Shown: positions 45,412-60,400, counted from the stretch's first letter. The stretch: 64,000 nt of DNA from Mustelus asterias (GCF_964213995.1 NC_135825.1:11842001-11906000), one strand, 5' to 3'. Numbers and translations: made by a program. Notes: generated by a model not told the origin, from the sequence alone.

Positions 45412-48400
45412 CTACAATAAAGTACTTTTTGTTTCATCTTTCCCATTTCCTTCCTTTGTTGTAGCGATTGTTGAATAACAATGGATTGCAAGTTGGGAGA
45501 GATCTCTAACAGGTGGATTATATCTGAACATAGCAACAAGAGCAACCCATTCAACTTCTTCAGCCTGTTCCAACATTCAATTAGATCACAACTAAATTCT
45601 CAATTCCACTGACTCGCCATTGATTCATCTCCTGACTCGACAAATACCTATTGATTTTAATAGTGTGAACTTTAATCAGCCCAGCATGCTCTGGATGGGA
45701 CTGGCCTGAATTACTATACAGAGAGTTTCTGCATCATTGCAAAAATGGTGGACAAGCCCTGAAATTGGAAGTCCTGCGTCCGAACACACCACTTGCTATG
45801 TGTGGGGACGGGACTGATGCTGGGTCAGGGTTCGTGCATACATGGTTGATGGAGGCAGCTGGCTATTCAACTCATCAGGTGCCTACACCAATGTGGTATA
45901 TCGATAGGCCAGGAGTGTGAAACCTGGCGTGGGCAGATTAGACCAGTGAGATTCTGCAAGTTCAGTCACTGGCTGTCCTGTCTGGAGACAATACACATTT
46001 CTTTAACCTGTGCCTAATGCTCTCTCCACTCACATTGTCTGTATCTTTAAGACTTGATTAGCTGTAAATATTCACATTCTAATCAGTATTCTGAACCTTG
46101 ATTTTGTGTCTCTATGAGCCTTATTTGTGAGCAGATATCCACTCCATCTGGCGAAGGAGCAGCGCTCCGAAAGCCAATGGCATTTGCTACCAAATAAACC
46201 TGGTGGACTTTAACCTGGGGTTGTTAAAACTCTTTCTGTGTTAACTCACAGGCTTTGCAATTACATGTGCCGCAAGTGCGCCCTCTGCAGTTGCAGCATT
46301 AGATAACTCTGTCTTTTCAGACTCTGTCCTCCTGTCGTGGAATCACAAACAGTCTCTGTATCTACCTGTCTATATTGTATCCCTCAATCATTTTAAATTG
46401 CTCAATCAACTCACCCCTGAATGAACTTTCCAAGCTCAAGGCAATACAAGCCAGGTTTACGCATTCAATTATTTAAATTTGTCCCTTCAAGCTCTGGAAT
46501 CAATCTGGTGAATTTACACTGCTTCCTTTGCAAAGACAATGGGTGGGATTCTCTGTCACCCCCACCCCCATGGCGTGTTTCTTGGTGGTGGGAGGCAGCT
46601 GTTGGTTGGTAATGGGGTCTTCTGGTCCTTCTGCTGTCAATGGGATTTCCCATTGAATCCGCCGCCCCTCCACCTCCCCAACGTGGCGGGGAGTGCACCA
46701 TTGGTGGGACTGGCACATCCCACCAGCAGGAAAGGTGAGAAATTCCCACCAGTTCCCGAAATCTTCCAGCCTCCTTTCCCATTGGCAGGATCATCCGATC
46801 CCACCAAATGTGACCTTCCACAGCATGTTCCCAAGAGGTGAGTATGGAACACACAAAACCTCGTAGACATCTGTGACGATACTGTGCTCTTGATATATTT
46901 TATGTTTAAGGGGATTGTTTTAAAGTGCAGTTTGTTCTACAGGCAGTTGGTATGTCGGGTGGGAATACAGCTCAGATGCTAGGAATGCAGGATAATTGCT
47001 CATTTTAGCCATGTCGTGTTGATTTAGGGGAGGGTTAATGAACTCTTGTTTACAAAAGGAAAGGTCACCTGGGGTTTTTTGATTAAAGGAATGGAAGGTG
47101 GCTTTAGGTATGCATGGTCATGTGATATGTGGTTAATGGGAGTAGCTAGGTTTGCAGCAGAGAAACTGTGTGCAGTTTCTGGTTGGGGTATTTGAAGACA
47201 GAAATCTGTGAGCTGATCTTAAAATCAAAACCTCTCTAAAAGCTTCAAAACTGTTGACATAAGTTATAGCAAGTATGCCTGGTCTTAATAACTGTATTTA
47301 AAGTGGCAGTTGAATGTAAGCGGAAATGTTGCTCATTTGGAACGGACATAGTGGTGTTTGAAACTAAAGTGGTTTCTTTTCATTTTTTAACTATTGTTCA
47401 ATGGTTAAAAGTTAAGCTGCTTCATTTTGTGAGAGTTACATTTAAACTGTGTTGTGAATAAAGCTTGTTTTGATAAAAAGATTCCTAATTTGTCAGTAAA
47501 ATCGCTCCTGGAGTGAAGCATCCTATCTTCATATTTATGCCAAAAGAGAAAAATTGTAAGGGTCTAATCTGACTTCCTAATGGGATTTTATTCCAGGACC
47601 CCAACACATCCGCAGGACTGGAAAATCCCAGCATCGGCTAACGGCGGGCCGCATCCACCGTGTGGAGGGTTGGCCCGGAAAATCCCACCCAGTGTTTCCT
47701 TCCTGTGGCTCACTGCGCAAAGGATGATACAGAATTCTGGAGTGGGTTAGACCAACACTCTGTAAAATTAAAACACCACTTCCTCATTTTGGAAATCAAC
47801 CTCCTGAAAGTAAAAGCCAACATTCCATTAGCCTTTTTGATCATTTTCTGTACCTGTGCAGTAATGGTTAGTGACCTGTGTATACGGACAAACCCAGCAC
47901 TTTAATTCCTCAGATCTTCAAGTCTCTCACCATTGACAACTCATTCTGAGTTGCCTTTCTCAGATCCAAAGTAGATGAACTCACACTTCCCCACGTGGAG
48001 GCTCCATCTGCCATTGGTTAACCCACTCACTTTGTCTCTGTCCTTCTGTAACATTCTGTCCCCATCCCAATTTACGATCTAGACCAGGAGGCTGATCCTC
48101 TCTGTGACATTACTGCCTTTGCTGTGAAGATGACAATTTAATCGACTGGCTCCAATTGGAAATACAACACTGCTCATATGGAGTTATGCAGCTGGGATTC
48201 AGGCTCTTTGGTCAGGGAATGCAGCACATAATCTCAGCTGACACCTCAGCACTGGGCAGGGATTGTGTTCTATTGTCAGCTGAATCGTCATCTACAGTCT
48301 AAGGTGGGAAAATGTGAAATTGTCCATTTTGGCAAGGCAAATAAAAAAGAAGATTGTCATCTAAATGGTGAGAGATTGCAGAACTCTGAGATGTAGAGGA

Positions 48401-51400
48401 ATCTGGGTGTTGTCATGGGGCAAAGACCTCACTATTTTCATAACGTATGAATATTCACATGGCTAACTTCTAAAATTTGAAAAAGTGGACAATGACACTA
48501 TCAAAAATCATTGTATCTCGTTATCTCTGAAGTGACCCTAAGGAACCCCGGTGGGCTGCATCGTCCAAATTCAAAGGGAACCACACAAAGGCCTTTCAAG
48601 TTTCTTAAGACAGACCCAGGACACCCTTCATCAAAGCCAAAGTGGAGGGGTGGGAATCGTGAGACACTGCCATCCCTTCCCCACCCATGCCCCCACTCTG
48701 CCCACTCCCCCTTGGTGCTGGAAGCGGTAATATTACCTTGCGAGTCTGCCATCATTCCATCTACCAAGCAGCAGCATCCCAGTAAAGCATTTCTGTCTGG
48801 GCTTGAATGCCGGGACCCATATACACTGTATCCAGTGGAAAATATGCACCATTTCAGGGAGAGATTAGGAGAAATCTTTGCTCTCAGACGGTCCAAAAAA
48901 TGGTGTTGGAAGAGTTGTCTCTGAATATTTTCAAGGTCGGGGCTGATAGATTCTTGGGAAGCAAACGGGTGAAAGGTTATTTGGGGCAGATTTGAATGTG
49001 GAGTTGAGGATATAGTCTGATCAGCCATGATCTTATTGATGGTGGAGCAGGCTTGAGGGCTGAATGGCCAACGTCTGATTCTAATTTACGTCTTTATATG
49101 TATGCATATTCGTATGAATAAGGAACCTACTTGATTTTCCTACTTGACATCAGTAATGACTCAAAACAAACTCATTATTGGCTGGAAAATATTTTGATTC
49201 ATGCTGACAACATGAATGGATTTATATAAATGTAAGTTTTTTTTACAATATCTGTGATCAATATCTTTGAAAGAATTGGTGGAACAATTCAGATGATGTC
49301 CATAACACCTACCTTAGATTTTCCTGGATACCATGTGACGGTAACAGCACAAATCACCAGGAGAGCAAAGAGTCCCCAGCGAATCACATTCCAGATAATG
49401 TAACTGAGCAAAATGGTAGAAATACAAAGTCATTTGCAGGAAATGAGAATTCATCATGTTTGATGCATTAAGTTGCTATTTACGTGATAATCTTTGTTTA
49501 TTGTAGCACAGACTAGGGATTATAGCGAGAAAATTAAACTGAGGTTGACTAATGAAGGGCGGCACGGTGGCACAGTGATTAGCACTGCTGCCTCACAATG
49601 CCAGGGAGCTGGGTTCGCTTCCTAGCTTGGGTCACTGTCTGTGTGGAGTTTGCACGTCCTCCCCATGCCTGTATGGGTTTCCACCCAGTTCTCCAGTTTC
49701 CTCCCGGAGTCCAAAGATGTGTGGGTTAGGTTGATTGACCATGCAAGATTGACCCTAGTTTCAGGGGGATTAGACAGGAGGGTACAACTCCTCCACGCCA
49801 ACCCCCAGTACGCCTACGTGCAGTACCTGGACGGGCGGGAGGACACAGTATCTATCCGTGACCTAGCGCCCGCAGGTGACTCAGGGACCCCTATAGCCCC
49901 CAACCCTTCACCCCCAACCCCCGACTTTGTCCCTACCATGTCAGAATCACTGCCCACTCCTCTCGCCCGCGAGTACAGCTCGCCTGAGCCCCAGGAGTCG
50001 TCACCACGCACCCGAGGGTTGGATGAAAACACGGATGACAGCTCTGTTCCGGCGCCTGAAACGACACCGCGACCTGAAACCACGTCGGAACCGGTACCAC
50101 AGAGATCGCAGCGGAAGAGCAGGCCTCCGGATAGACTCAATCTGTAAATATTGTTCACTCTGCCTCACCCCTGACGGACTCTTTTTTTTAAACAGGGGGT
50201 GAATGTGGTAAACCACTGTTACATGTTATCTGTCGTGGTTAACCACTGTAGTTAGTATTTCTCAGTACCTGTATATGTGGCACATCCCTGTCGGTTCCGC
50301 CCAAGTCTCCTCCCCCTGGTCTGGGTATAAAGGCGGTGGCTCCTCCCCCTTGCCCTCAGTTCAGACCAGATCACCGACAGGGATGGCTCCAAGTTCTTGC
50401 CAATAAAAGCCTATTTGTCTTGCTCACAACTAGTCTCGGCTCGATTGATAGTGCATCAGAGAGAAAGGTCCACCCCAGAAAAGCAGCAAAACTGGAGCAA
50501 CAGGTCTCTCAGTGAGTGATCCGGATAAACCTCAAGCTCCTGAGGTTTGAGACCTGATGCTGCTCCACCTTTCACCCACAGTCAGTTTTAAAGGATTTGT
50601 GGTGAAAAACCGAGCCTGGGCCCACTGACCCCAGGCTCTGGTGATTGGAGCTGTCTACAACTCCCTCACCCAGGGCCCGGTTGGAGGTTCAGGAACAGCA
50701 CTCCAGTAAACTCCAGCAACACTACACCCCCAAACACCACTGCCTGAAGCTTAGCTCAGTTTGCAGGACAGCTGGTTCGTGATGCAGAGTGATGCCAACT
50801 GCGGGGGTTCAATTACTGAACAGGTTGAAGTTATTCATGAAGGCCCTGCATTCTCAACCCTGCCCCTCACCCGAGGTGTGGTGGTCCTCAGGTAAAATCG
50901 CCACCAGTCAGCTCCCCCTCAAAGGAAGAGCAGCTTATGGTCATCTGAGGCTGTGGTGGTTTTACCTTGAATCAAGATGAATAATGAAAACAGCACCACC
51001 TGAGGGAGAGCAAACTGGAGACATTCACTTCTTCCCCTCATTCCCAGCACCATAAATTGCTCCTTCATTGGGAGGATTGCAACATCATGACACAATTCCT
51101 GCCACCATTTCCATTCTGATAAATTCTACTCTGAAACAGTAAATTATTATAAACAATTACGCTAAAACTTGGAACCATTGATTCTCATTTGAAAGCAATG
51201 CCAATAAAACATCCACAATGGGAACAATGTACCTTTTACTGACAAATGTAGATCCTGAAGATGTGGTTAATGTTGTTGGTGATATGGTTGTTGATATGGT
51301 TGTAAAATCTTCACAAGTATATTTAGGTCCTATTGAGACAGAAGGATAACATTCAGATTCATCCGATTCTCACTCAGTCGACTAAGAAAGCATTCTGCTC

Positions 51401-54400
51401 AAATGGAACCTCAGTATTTGGGAGGATGGATTTGGGTGTTTTAACTATCTCCCTCTCTGGTAGCAAGGAGAGAGGCTGATGACATGTACCGGAGACCCAT
51501 TTTGCTGCTGATTTCTTATCCATCCCACATCTGAGAGTTGTTGGTGCAGCAATGGTGAGTTTCTGTGCCGTATGTTCCCCTTTCCGCCTCGGCTGTTTTC
51601 CTGGCAGTCGGATTTCAATCTGTCCACCATACCATGACCTCATCACTGCGTTACGCCGGGGGGCCATATTTAAACTGCAGCCATGTGCGCACCTCAGTGA
51701 ATCCAATCCACTGAAGACATTGGCCCTGTATTGCTGTGTGTGCTGAACTCCATTGCTGATGCCAGAGTTGGCAGCGCAGGTGCAGACGTTACCCTAGCCC
51801 GTCCTGCAAGACTGCGCCGTTCATTTGAACCATGTCGGAGACTGATCCCAACCTGAATGATAACATTGCAAAGGGGGTGTGAGTGCTTCCACCAGTGATT
51901 GTTCCATGGCGAGGATTCACAAGGAGATTGTACCACTGGTCCAGTCATCCAAATGTTCTAGAATCATAGAAACCCTACAGTGTAGAAAGAGGCCATTCGG
52001 CCCATCGAGTCTACACCGACCACAATGCCACCCAGGCCCTACCCCCATATCCCTACATATTTACCCGCTAATCCCTCTAACCTACCCATCTCAAGACACT
52101 AAGGGGCAATTTTAGCATGGCCAATCAACCTAACCCGCACATCTTTGGACTGTGGGAGGAAACCGGAGCACCCGGAGGAAACCCACGCAGACACGAGGAG
52201 GATGTGCAAACTCCACACAGACAGTGACCCAAGCCGGGAATCGAACCCAGGTCCCTGGAGCTGTGAAGCAGCAGTGCTAACCTCTGTGCTACCGTGCCGC
52301 CCCCCCCCAAAACATTTATTAATTTGCAGTCTCTGCCTGAGGGGTAAAAGATTCAGGAGCGTTTGACGGCCCGTTCGTGCCTCTGGATTCCTTGAGTGGA
52401 AAGATCAGCTAAAGGCCCGACTCCGAGCATAAAGTTAAAGTTTTAATCACAAGTAGGCTTATATTAACAGCGCAATGAAGTTACTGTAAAAATCCCCTAG
52501 TCACCACATTCCGGCGCCTGTTTGGGTACATTGAGGGAGAAGTTAGCATGGCCAATACATCGAACCAGGATGTCTTTCGGACTGTGGGGGGAAACCAAAG
52601 CACCCGGAGGAAACCCACGCAGACACGGGGAGAACGTGCAGACTCCACACAGAGAGTGACCCAATCCGGGAATTGAACCCTGGTCCGTGGAGCTGTGAGG
52701 CAGCTGTGCTAACCACTGTACCACCGTGCATGTCAATGGAGCTGCGATGAACTGTCTGAGCTGTGGAATAATGCTCACTTTCACAGAATTATAGAATCCC
52801 TACTGAAAGTGGGGGCATGTGTTGGTCATTATATCTGAAAAATTAGTTTAAAACTCGAGTATATGTTTACTATTTCCACGATTTACTAAAAGGGTTTGAA
52901 AATTCCTCAGTTCCGTCTGTGAGAGGCAAGCTGTTAGCTGCAAGGAGGCACCCCAAGGGTAAAATCAGCTAGGGTCTAATTCGTAGGCAGGACGTTACAA
53001 GTGTTAGATCTCAAGGTCAATAAAAACAACCTGGCATTGTTCTCCCAATTGATGTGACAACCAAATGGTGTAAGATAACATAATGAGGCAACACTATTTA
53101 CAGCTTAAACATAAGGATTTGTTTGTCTGCCAAACCTCTCTAACTTGAGAGAATTCATCTAATATTAGGGGCCTTGGACATGGGGAGGATAATTGATATC
53201 CCCAAGTCAGACACGAGTTGTTATGTTAAGGACAAATTGTCGCCAGTAGTAAATCAGATGAGACAGCATGTATCAGCATTGAGTATAGAAATTGGCAGGT
53301 GATGCTGCAGCTGTACAGAAACTTAGTTAGGCCTCATTTAGAATATAGAACAGTACAGCACAGTACAGGCCCTTCGGCCCTCGATGTTGTGCGGGGCTTT
53401 GTCCAAAACTAAGAACCTTGTCAGTTCCACTTGTTTTTCACATTCATGTCTATCATTAACAGTCAGCGGTCCCTGACCTCACTTGAAGAGCTATTGCAGC
53501 TCTTCCAGGAGGATTCCAGGCCTCTAGAAATAACACCAGCAATTTTACACCTTTTCCTCAAATGTCTACAGCCCATGAGTCATGACTTGGAAATCCTAGT
53601 GATGAAAAGTTTGAAGCCAGCTACACCTTTCCACTTGCAACTGGCTCCACGGACCGCGAATATGCAAAGTACAACCTGTTCTGCTCGCACTGCTACTCCC
53701 GTGGCACAGTGGTTAGCGCTGCTGCCTCACAGCACCAGGAACCTGTGTTCAATTCCTGGCTCGGGTCACTGTCTGTGTGGAGTCTGCACGTTCTCCCCGT
53801 GTCTGCGTGGATTTCTTCCGGGTGCTCTGGTTTCCTTCCACAGCCCAAAAGATGTGCTGGTTAGATGTATTGGCCATGCTAAATTCTCCCTCAGTGTACC
53901 CAAACAGGCGCTGGAGTGTGGAGACTCGGGGATTTTAACATTGTGCTGCTAATTTAAGCTTGCTTGTGTCAATGATAAATATACTTTTAAACTTTAAACT
54001 CCCAGTGGAAATGGTGGGTGTTGGGTTCGGGAGCTGGGCTTCTGGGGTCAGGGTGCCCGTGCCATTTTAGCTTTACAGTATTCACTCTTTAATCTCCATT
54101 GCCATGCTTTTTTCCTCATAACTAAAATGTCTCAGCCCAGGTTTTTCTTAAGTTCAATTCTTCCAGGTTAGATGTGAGAGGTTACTTTGCACAATTTCAT
54201 TTGTTAGGATTGTTTTTTAATCATGCAATGTGAGCATCACTGGTAAAGTAAGAATTTGTCTCCCAGCTCTAATTGCTTTTAAACTTGCCCGGCCATTTCA
54301 GAGGATATTTAAGCCGCAATCACATTGCTGTTGGTTTGAAGTCACGTGTCGGCCAGACCAGGTGAAAATGACAGATTTCAAGAACAAAAAACAAATAAAA

Positions 54401-57400
54401 TTACTGCACAGGAACAGGCCCTTCGGCCCTCCAAGCCTGCACCGACCATGCTGCCCGACTGAACTAAAACCCCCTACCCTTCCGGGGACCATATCCCTCT
54501 ACTCCCAACCTATTCATGTTTTTGTCTGGCCCCCCCGTAAAAGTCACCATCATATCTGCTTCCACCACCTCCCTTGGCAATGCGTTCCAGGCACCCACCA
54601 CCTTCTGTGTAAAAGATTTGCCTTCTACATTTCCTTTAAACCTTGCCCCTCGCACCTTAAGCCTGTGCCCCTCGTAATTGATTCTTCCTCCTTGGGAAAA
54701 AGCTTCTGACTACTCACTCTGTCCATGCACCTCATAATCTTGCAGATTGCTATCAGGTCACCCCACAACCTTTGTCGTTCCAGTGAGAACAAACAAAGTT
54801 TCTCCAACCTCTCCTCATAGCTATTTCTTACCCTAAAGGGCATTAGTGAACAATTGTTGACATCTTCATGGTTTTCATTACTGATCATAGAACCATAGAA
54901 TCCTACAGTGCAGAAGGAGGCCATTCAGCCCATCGAGTCTGCACTGACCACAATCCCACCCAGGCCCGATCCCCATAACACCATGCATTTACCCTAGCTA
55001 GTTCCCCTGACACTAAGGGGGAATTTAGCATGGCCAATCAACCTAACCTGCACATCTTTGGACTGTGGGAGGAAACCGGAGCACCCGGAGGAAACCCACG
55101 CAGACACGGGGAGAATGTACAAACTCCACACAGGCTGTGGCCCAAGCCGGGAATTGAACCCGGGTCTCTGGCGCCGTGAGGCAGCAGTGCTAACCACTGT
55201 GCCACCGTGCCGCCCATTTGGTGATATTGGCTTTCAATTCCGGATTTATTAATTAATTGAATTTCAATTCCATCAGCTGCCGCGGTGGGATTTGAACCCA
55301 TGCCCCGAGAGCATTAGCCTGGGCCTCTGGATTGCTAGACCAGTGGCATTAGCGCAATGCACTTTCACTCAGGGCAGGCTCAGTCGGCTGAACGACTGGT
55401 TTGTGGTGCAGGGCGATGCCAACAGCACAGGTCCAATTCCCGTACCGGCTGAGGTTATTCATGAAGGCCCCACCTTCTCAACCTTGTCCCTCGCCTGAGG
55501 TGTGGTGACCCTCAGGTTAAGTCACCAGCGGTCAGGTCTCCTCCTTAAAGGAGGAGCCTCTGGTCATCTGGGACTTTACCTTTGCATTATCTCTGAAATG
55601 GGCATTTAGATTTATGCTGCTCAGCAATTAAAAGCTATTTTCATTTCATGGGATGATTGAGTTGCAATATTTATTCATCTTCTGGCAATACTTTTTGATC
55701 CTGTCATTTTCCATGAAAAATGAAAATCAATGATTTTTCAGATTGATAAATAAAATTAACTGGCAACCAGTATGGATGGACATTAATCATAAAAATCATT
55801 AACCCCATTGTTAGTTGAAAGTAACACTTACCAATGCTGCTCTGTATCACATAACTGCAATTCCCAGTTGGATCGAAGACCAACACATTAACCATTTCAC
55901 TGGATTTTTCTCCCTGGTTATTTGAGGCTGTGCAGTAATATTGATGATGTTGCTGTGTGAAGGATTGACAATGTAGATCCAGTTTATTGGTGTCAGAGAT
56001 CTTTGAATCTTCAGACGGGGTCTTTTCATACCATGTGTACTGAATGGGAAGTGATCCCTGGACAGACTCACAGGAGACGGACACTGAGCCCCCAGAACAT
56101 GAGGCATTTGGTGGTGATAGAAATTTAAGTTCAGGAACAGACATTGGTTCTGTGGGGAAGAAACAGACATTCAGACACTTGAGTGAACATCTAAGAATCA
56201 AACAATCTGTGATTTTTATCCCTTCAGCATCTCAGCCAGGGGCGGCCATGTTGGAATCTCACCAGCACATCCACGTCTCCACGGGGGCGAATGCTTAACT
56301 GGGGTTTGTACGTGGGAAGTGTGTTTGTGCTGTCCAGAAAGTTAGAAATACCCAGGAAAGTCGAGTTTGTGCTGAATTTAACAGCAAAATCTGATCAGAA
56401 CTCTTCCAGAATTGAGAGTCTGGCTGGAGTTTCAGCAGAAAAGTCTGTCGTGTAAGATTTGGAATTGGTGGGAGTGTGAGTTCGGGGGTCAGTAGCGAGG
56501 AGGGAATCAGGGAGGCTTTATTGGTTGGGGCAGAGTTAGCCAATCATGGGGGTGGGGGGGGGCGGGGGGGCGGTGATTGTACAATATATTTGCCTGGGGG
56601 CCAGGGTGAAGCACTCCTGTGCCCCAGGGACCCGAATCCGTGTTGGAAAAGCTGCTGGACCCATCAAGTCCCACCGCCATGAACACATTGGAGAGTTTGG
56701 TCCTGTACTGCTGTGTGTGCTGAACTCCATTGCTGCTGCCCTAGTTGGCAGCTCAGGTGCAGACATTCCCCTAGCCCGTCCTGCAAGTCTGCACCCTTCG
56801 CTTGAACCATGAGGCAGACTAACCCAAACCTGAATGTGAAACATGTCGTGCTGAGGTCATGTTGGTGAGGGTGGTATATTCACCGTGTGGGGATGATCCC
56901 AATGGCAGGCATGATGATAAGGTGCAAATGGATTAAAATTACGTTCTCGCCATTTGACTAAACCAGACTGATTTTTAACCATTCCGCCATATTTTCCGTT
57001 CACGATGCCAAGCGCGCCCATTACCAACTCCGCACAGTTCCTCTTCTGGCCACTGCTGTGTTGTTGCTGCAGGAACTGGATAGTTGTCAGCCAATCAGAT
57101 TAGACTCTCCAAGGCAGACTCCCTCCGGAGCGAGGGGCGGATCTCTCACCCAATAAGAATCAGCACACATACGAGCGTTAAATGACATCACGCTATCCCA
57201 AAAATTCAGGCCCCCGGATCCTGTTAAATTCTGTCGATTGATTCTATTTTATTATATTTGAGGGAATTATACCAGAAGGTACAACTGGCTCTTAACTATT
57301 TGTCCTTTTGTTTTAATCTAAAAACAAACACCTGACAGTGTGACAAGTTGGTCAGTCCATGAATTGGGTTTGTGGGAGGCAGATTTCCCCAACTTTGCCC

Positions 57401-60400
57401 TCTGAGGGGAGCTGGTGGCGTGGTGGTATTGTCACTGATCTAGTAATCCAAAAAACCCAGGGTAATGCTCTGGGGACCTGAGTTCGAATCCTGGCACGGC
57501 AGATGAATTTGAATTCACTAAAAATCTGGAATAAAAAGTCTAATGATGACCAAGGAACAATTGTCATAAAAACCCAACTGGTTCACTAATGCCCTTTAGA
57601 GAAGGAAATCTGCCATCCTTCCCTTATCTGGCCTACATGTGACTCCAGATCCACAGCAATGTGGTTGAATCTTAAAATGCCCTCAGGGATGCTACTAATA
57701 AATGTTGGCCCAGCCAGTGATGCGCACATCCCATGAATCAATGAAAAAACAAGCTGCCAGACTCTGCACTGCAGTGGATCCTCGGGATACCGGAGCTGTC
57801 AATGTTTCCTTCCAGAGAAAACCATGGCCTGAATTTTTCGCTCATCATGTGTGTGCACTCAGCGAGTCTGGACGCGGGTACGAAACCTCAGCCCCGAAGC
57901 GCAGTTCCACACTGGCTGTCCAATGAATGGGGGAAGAGCCACTGTGGAGCTGTCTCAGGGAGCTGTTGACCTGTGAAAAATATCAATGTTAAAACGATAC
58001 CGCGAGTGTCAGGGCAGCACGATCACACACACAGCTTAGGCCCCAGACACATTTCTTACTTTAATATGAACCCTGACCTTTCATTCCGCCCTGGATCGAG
58101 GTTGCAGCTAAAATGTAAAGGTCACCTGGCCAATTGGCCCACCCGCCAACTGTAAAGGCAGACGGGCAACTTAAAGTCCTGGACAATTGGTGTTTAATGA
58201 ATTTAAATTGACTTTTGCATGGCTGGCAGCCGCACTTCCGACTTGCGCATGTGCCTGGCGACTGAAATATTGAGAGAAGGCATATTGCCGTCGGGGTGTG
58301 ATTTTACCCACATTCGGGTAGGGCACACGCCTGATCTTTATACATAAAATTCTGGCCATTGATCAGAGATTTCAGTCAAGAGTAATAAAGATAATCACTG
58401 AGAATAACGCACCGTTAGATATTTGTAGGTTTACGTTATACAATGGATCGAGACCGGATGCTTCAATTCCACAGCTGTACCATCCTGCATCTCCTGAGCG
58501 AAGATCCTTCATAGTGACAACAAATACTCTTCGTGACTTGTTATCTGTGATTGATATTCTTCCATTTTGCCAATTTGTCTTTGCTACAACATCACATTGG
58601 CGATTCCAGCCGCGACACCAATATTTCACGTGTGACCGGTACCACACACCATAGTGACAATCGATTGTGATCGATCTTCCCACAATTCCTCTCACTTCCT
58701 CTTTTGCCCACAATGCACCTGAAACTGAGGAGACAACATTTCAGGAATTGAACAGGGAATAATTGCTTCATTCAAACAGACCCATTCTAATGAGTTAAAT
58801 TCCATGCAGCTTGTGATGAAAATAAACATTAATATAGACATTTATCACAGTCTCAGAGTGTCAAAAGCATTTCTGTCAATTATTAATTTAAAAAAATATT
58901 TGATGTATTTTCCTGAACCAATGACAGGGGCTGGGGGAGCAGGGATGGGGGGCGGGGGGGCCTGGAAATTGGGGTTCTGCCTCACATTGTGGGCCTTCAC
59001 TCCAGAGTGTGATTGTGAGACATCATCAAGAGGTTTCAGACCCAGAAACAAACCTAATTGACGGGTCCAACTTGCAGTTAGTTGGGGAGCAGCCCGGAGG
59101 AGATGACAGGAGCAAAGAGGTCCTTGATCTGACCTGAGAGGTGGTGTAGGCAGTAGGGATGGGATGTGACTCACACATTAAATCCTGGCAGGAGGGGGGT
59201 TTTCAGATCTTGGGTGGGTTTGGGATTTCAGGAGGTGAAGATTGCCGACCTCGGTGATGGTGCACGGGATTGGTGGCCTTGGAGGATGGCTGGAGGTCTT
59301 AGGTAACAATTTAGATGCCTGCTGAGAAGGAGACTGGAAACCTGGGGAGGTTTGGATGACTTAGGGGAAATGGAGGCCTGGGTTTGGGCCATGGGTGGCC
59401 TGGGGGGACATGAGACCCCTTGGAAGGATGGCAATGGAACGACGGGTGTATGGACAATTTGAAAGCATGTTTTGTTGGAGGTGATGCAGATTTCATGGGG
59501 AGGTCAGGTGACAAATTGTAATGATTGGGGCGGTGAATGGGTTCGCATCAAGTGGGAGTTGGGCAGTGTAACAAATCTGCGGAGGCAGAAGTCCCTTCAC
59601 CAAAATCCCTTTATTTACAATTCCAACAGCAGTACACAGGGTGCTTTCTGTCAGCAGTCTACCTTCGGGAGTGCCAGAGTGATGCGCAATTAAATCACTC
59701 GGGAGGCTAGATTGTACCTGGGAAATAAAGGCTTTTATTACTGACAAGAATGGAGCACACTATACACAATACAATTCCAGACTAAAGGGTCACCAGGCAG
59801 TGCAGTGACCTTTATACTTCCCCTGGTAGGCGAAGCCAACTGGAGTGTACCACAGAACAATATCAACAGGTAGAACAGCCCAACCCTAACACCAACAGTA
59901 ACTACAGTAACATATCTACAAACACCCATAGTGCTGACCATCCATGGCTCAGCACTCATAGTGGTAACCAACTATGGTTCACCACATTCACCCCTCCTTT
60001 AAAACAAAGGCCGGCGGGGCTAAAAAAAACAGAACAACTGTTCATATATTCACAAGTTCAGTCGTATTGGAGGACCGCGGTAACGTCGGTTCTGGTAACC
60101 GTGGTGACCTTCTCTCCAAGGCGGTGTCCAGTGACTCCTCCAGTTCCTCACGGACAGGTGGACCACGAGGTGGCGACAATCTGCTGGACTCGAGCACGCC
60201 TCGAGGTGGTGACAATCTCCTGGACTCAGGCAAGCTGTACACGGGAGTAAGAGGATTAAGTGGTGGTCCCGATACTGCCCGCGCCGTGTCAGGAGGGGAG
60301 ATAAGGGTCGGGGGGTCCCTAACTAGGGGTGTGGAAGCGACTGCGGTTTCCAAGTCCCCTGCAGGCGCCAGATCTCTAATAGAGACCATGTCTTCTCGCC

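Noticed and set aside
55704-55831. Hydrophobic read-through after the C2 exon as an alternative TM
   Set aside because: It lies beyond a consensus GTAAGT donor, is AT-rich intron, and is not conserved in gene A.
35544-58724. V exons as rearranging Ig, TCR or IgNAR segments
   Set aside because: They include the G strand and end in splice donors with no heptamer-nonamer signal. Nearby CACAGTG motifs belong to SINE heads.
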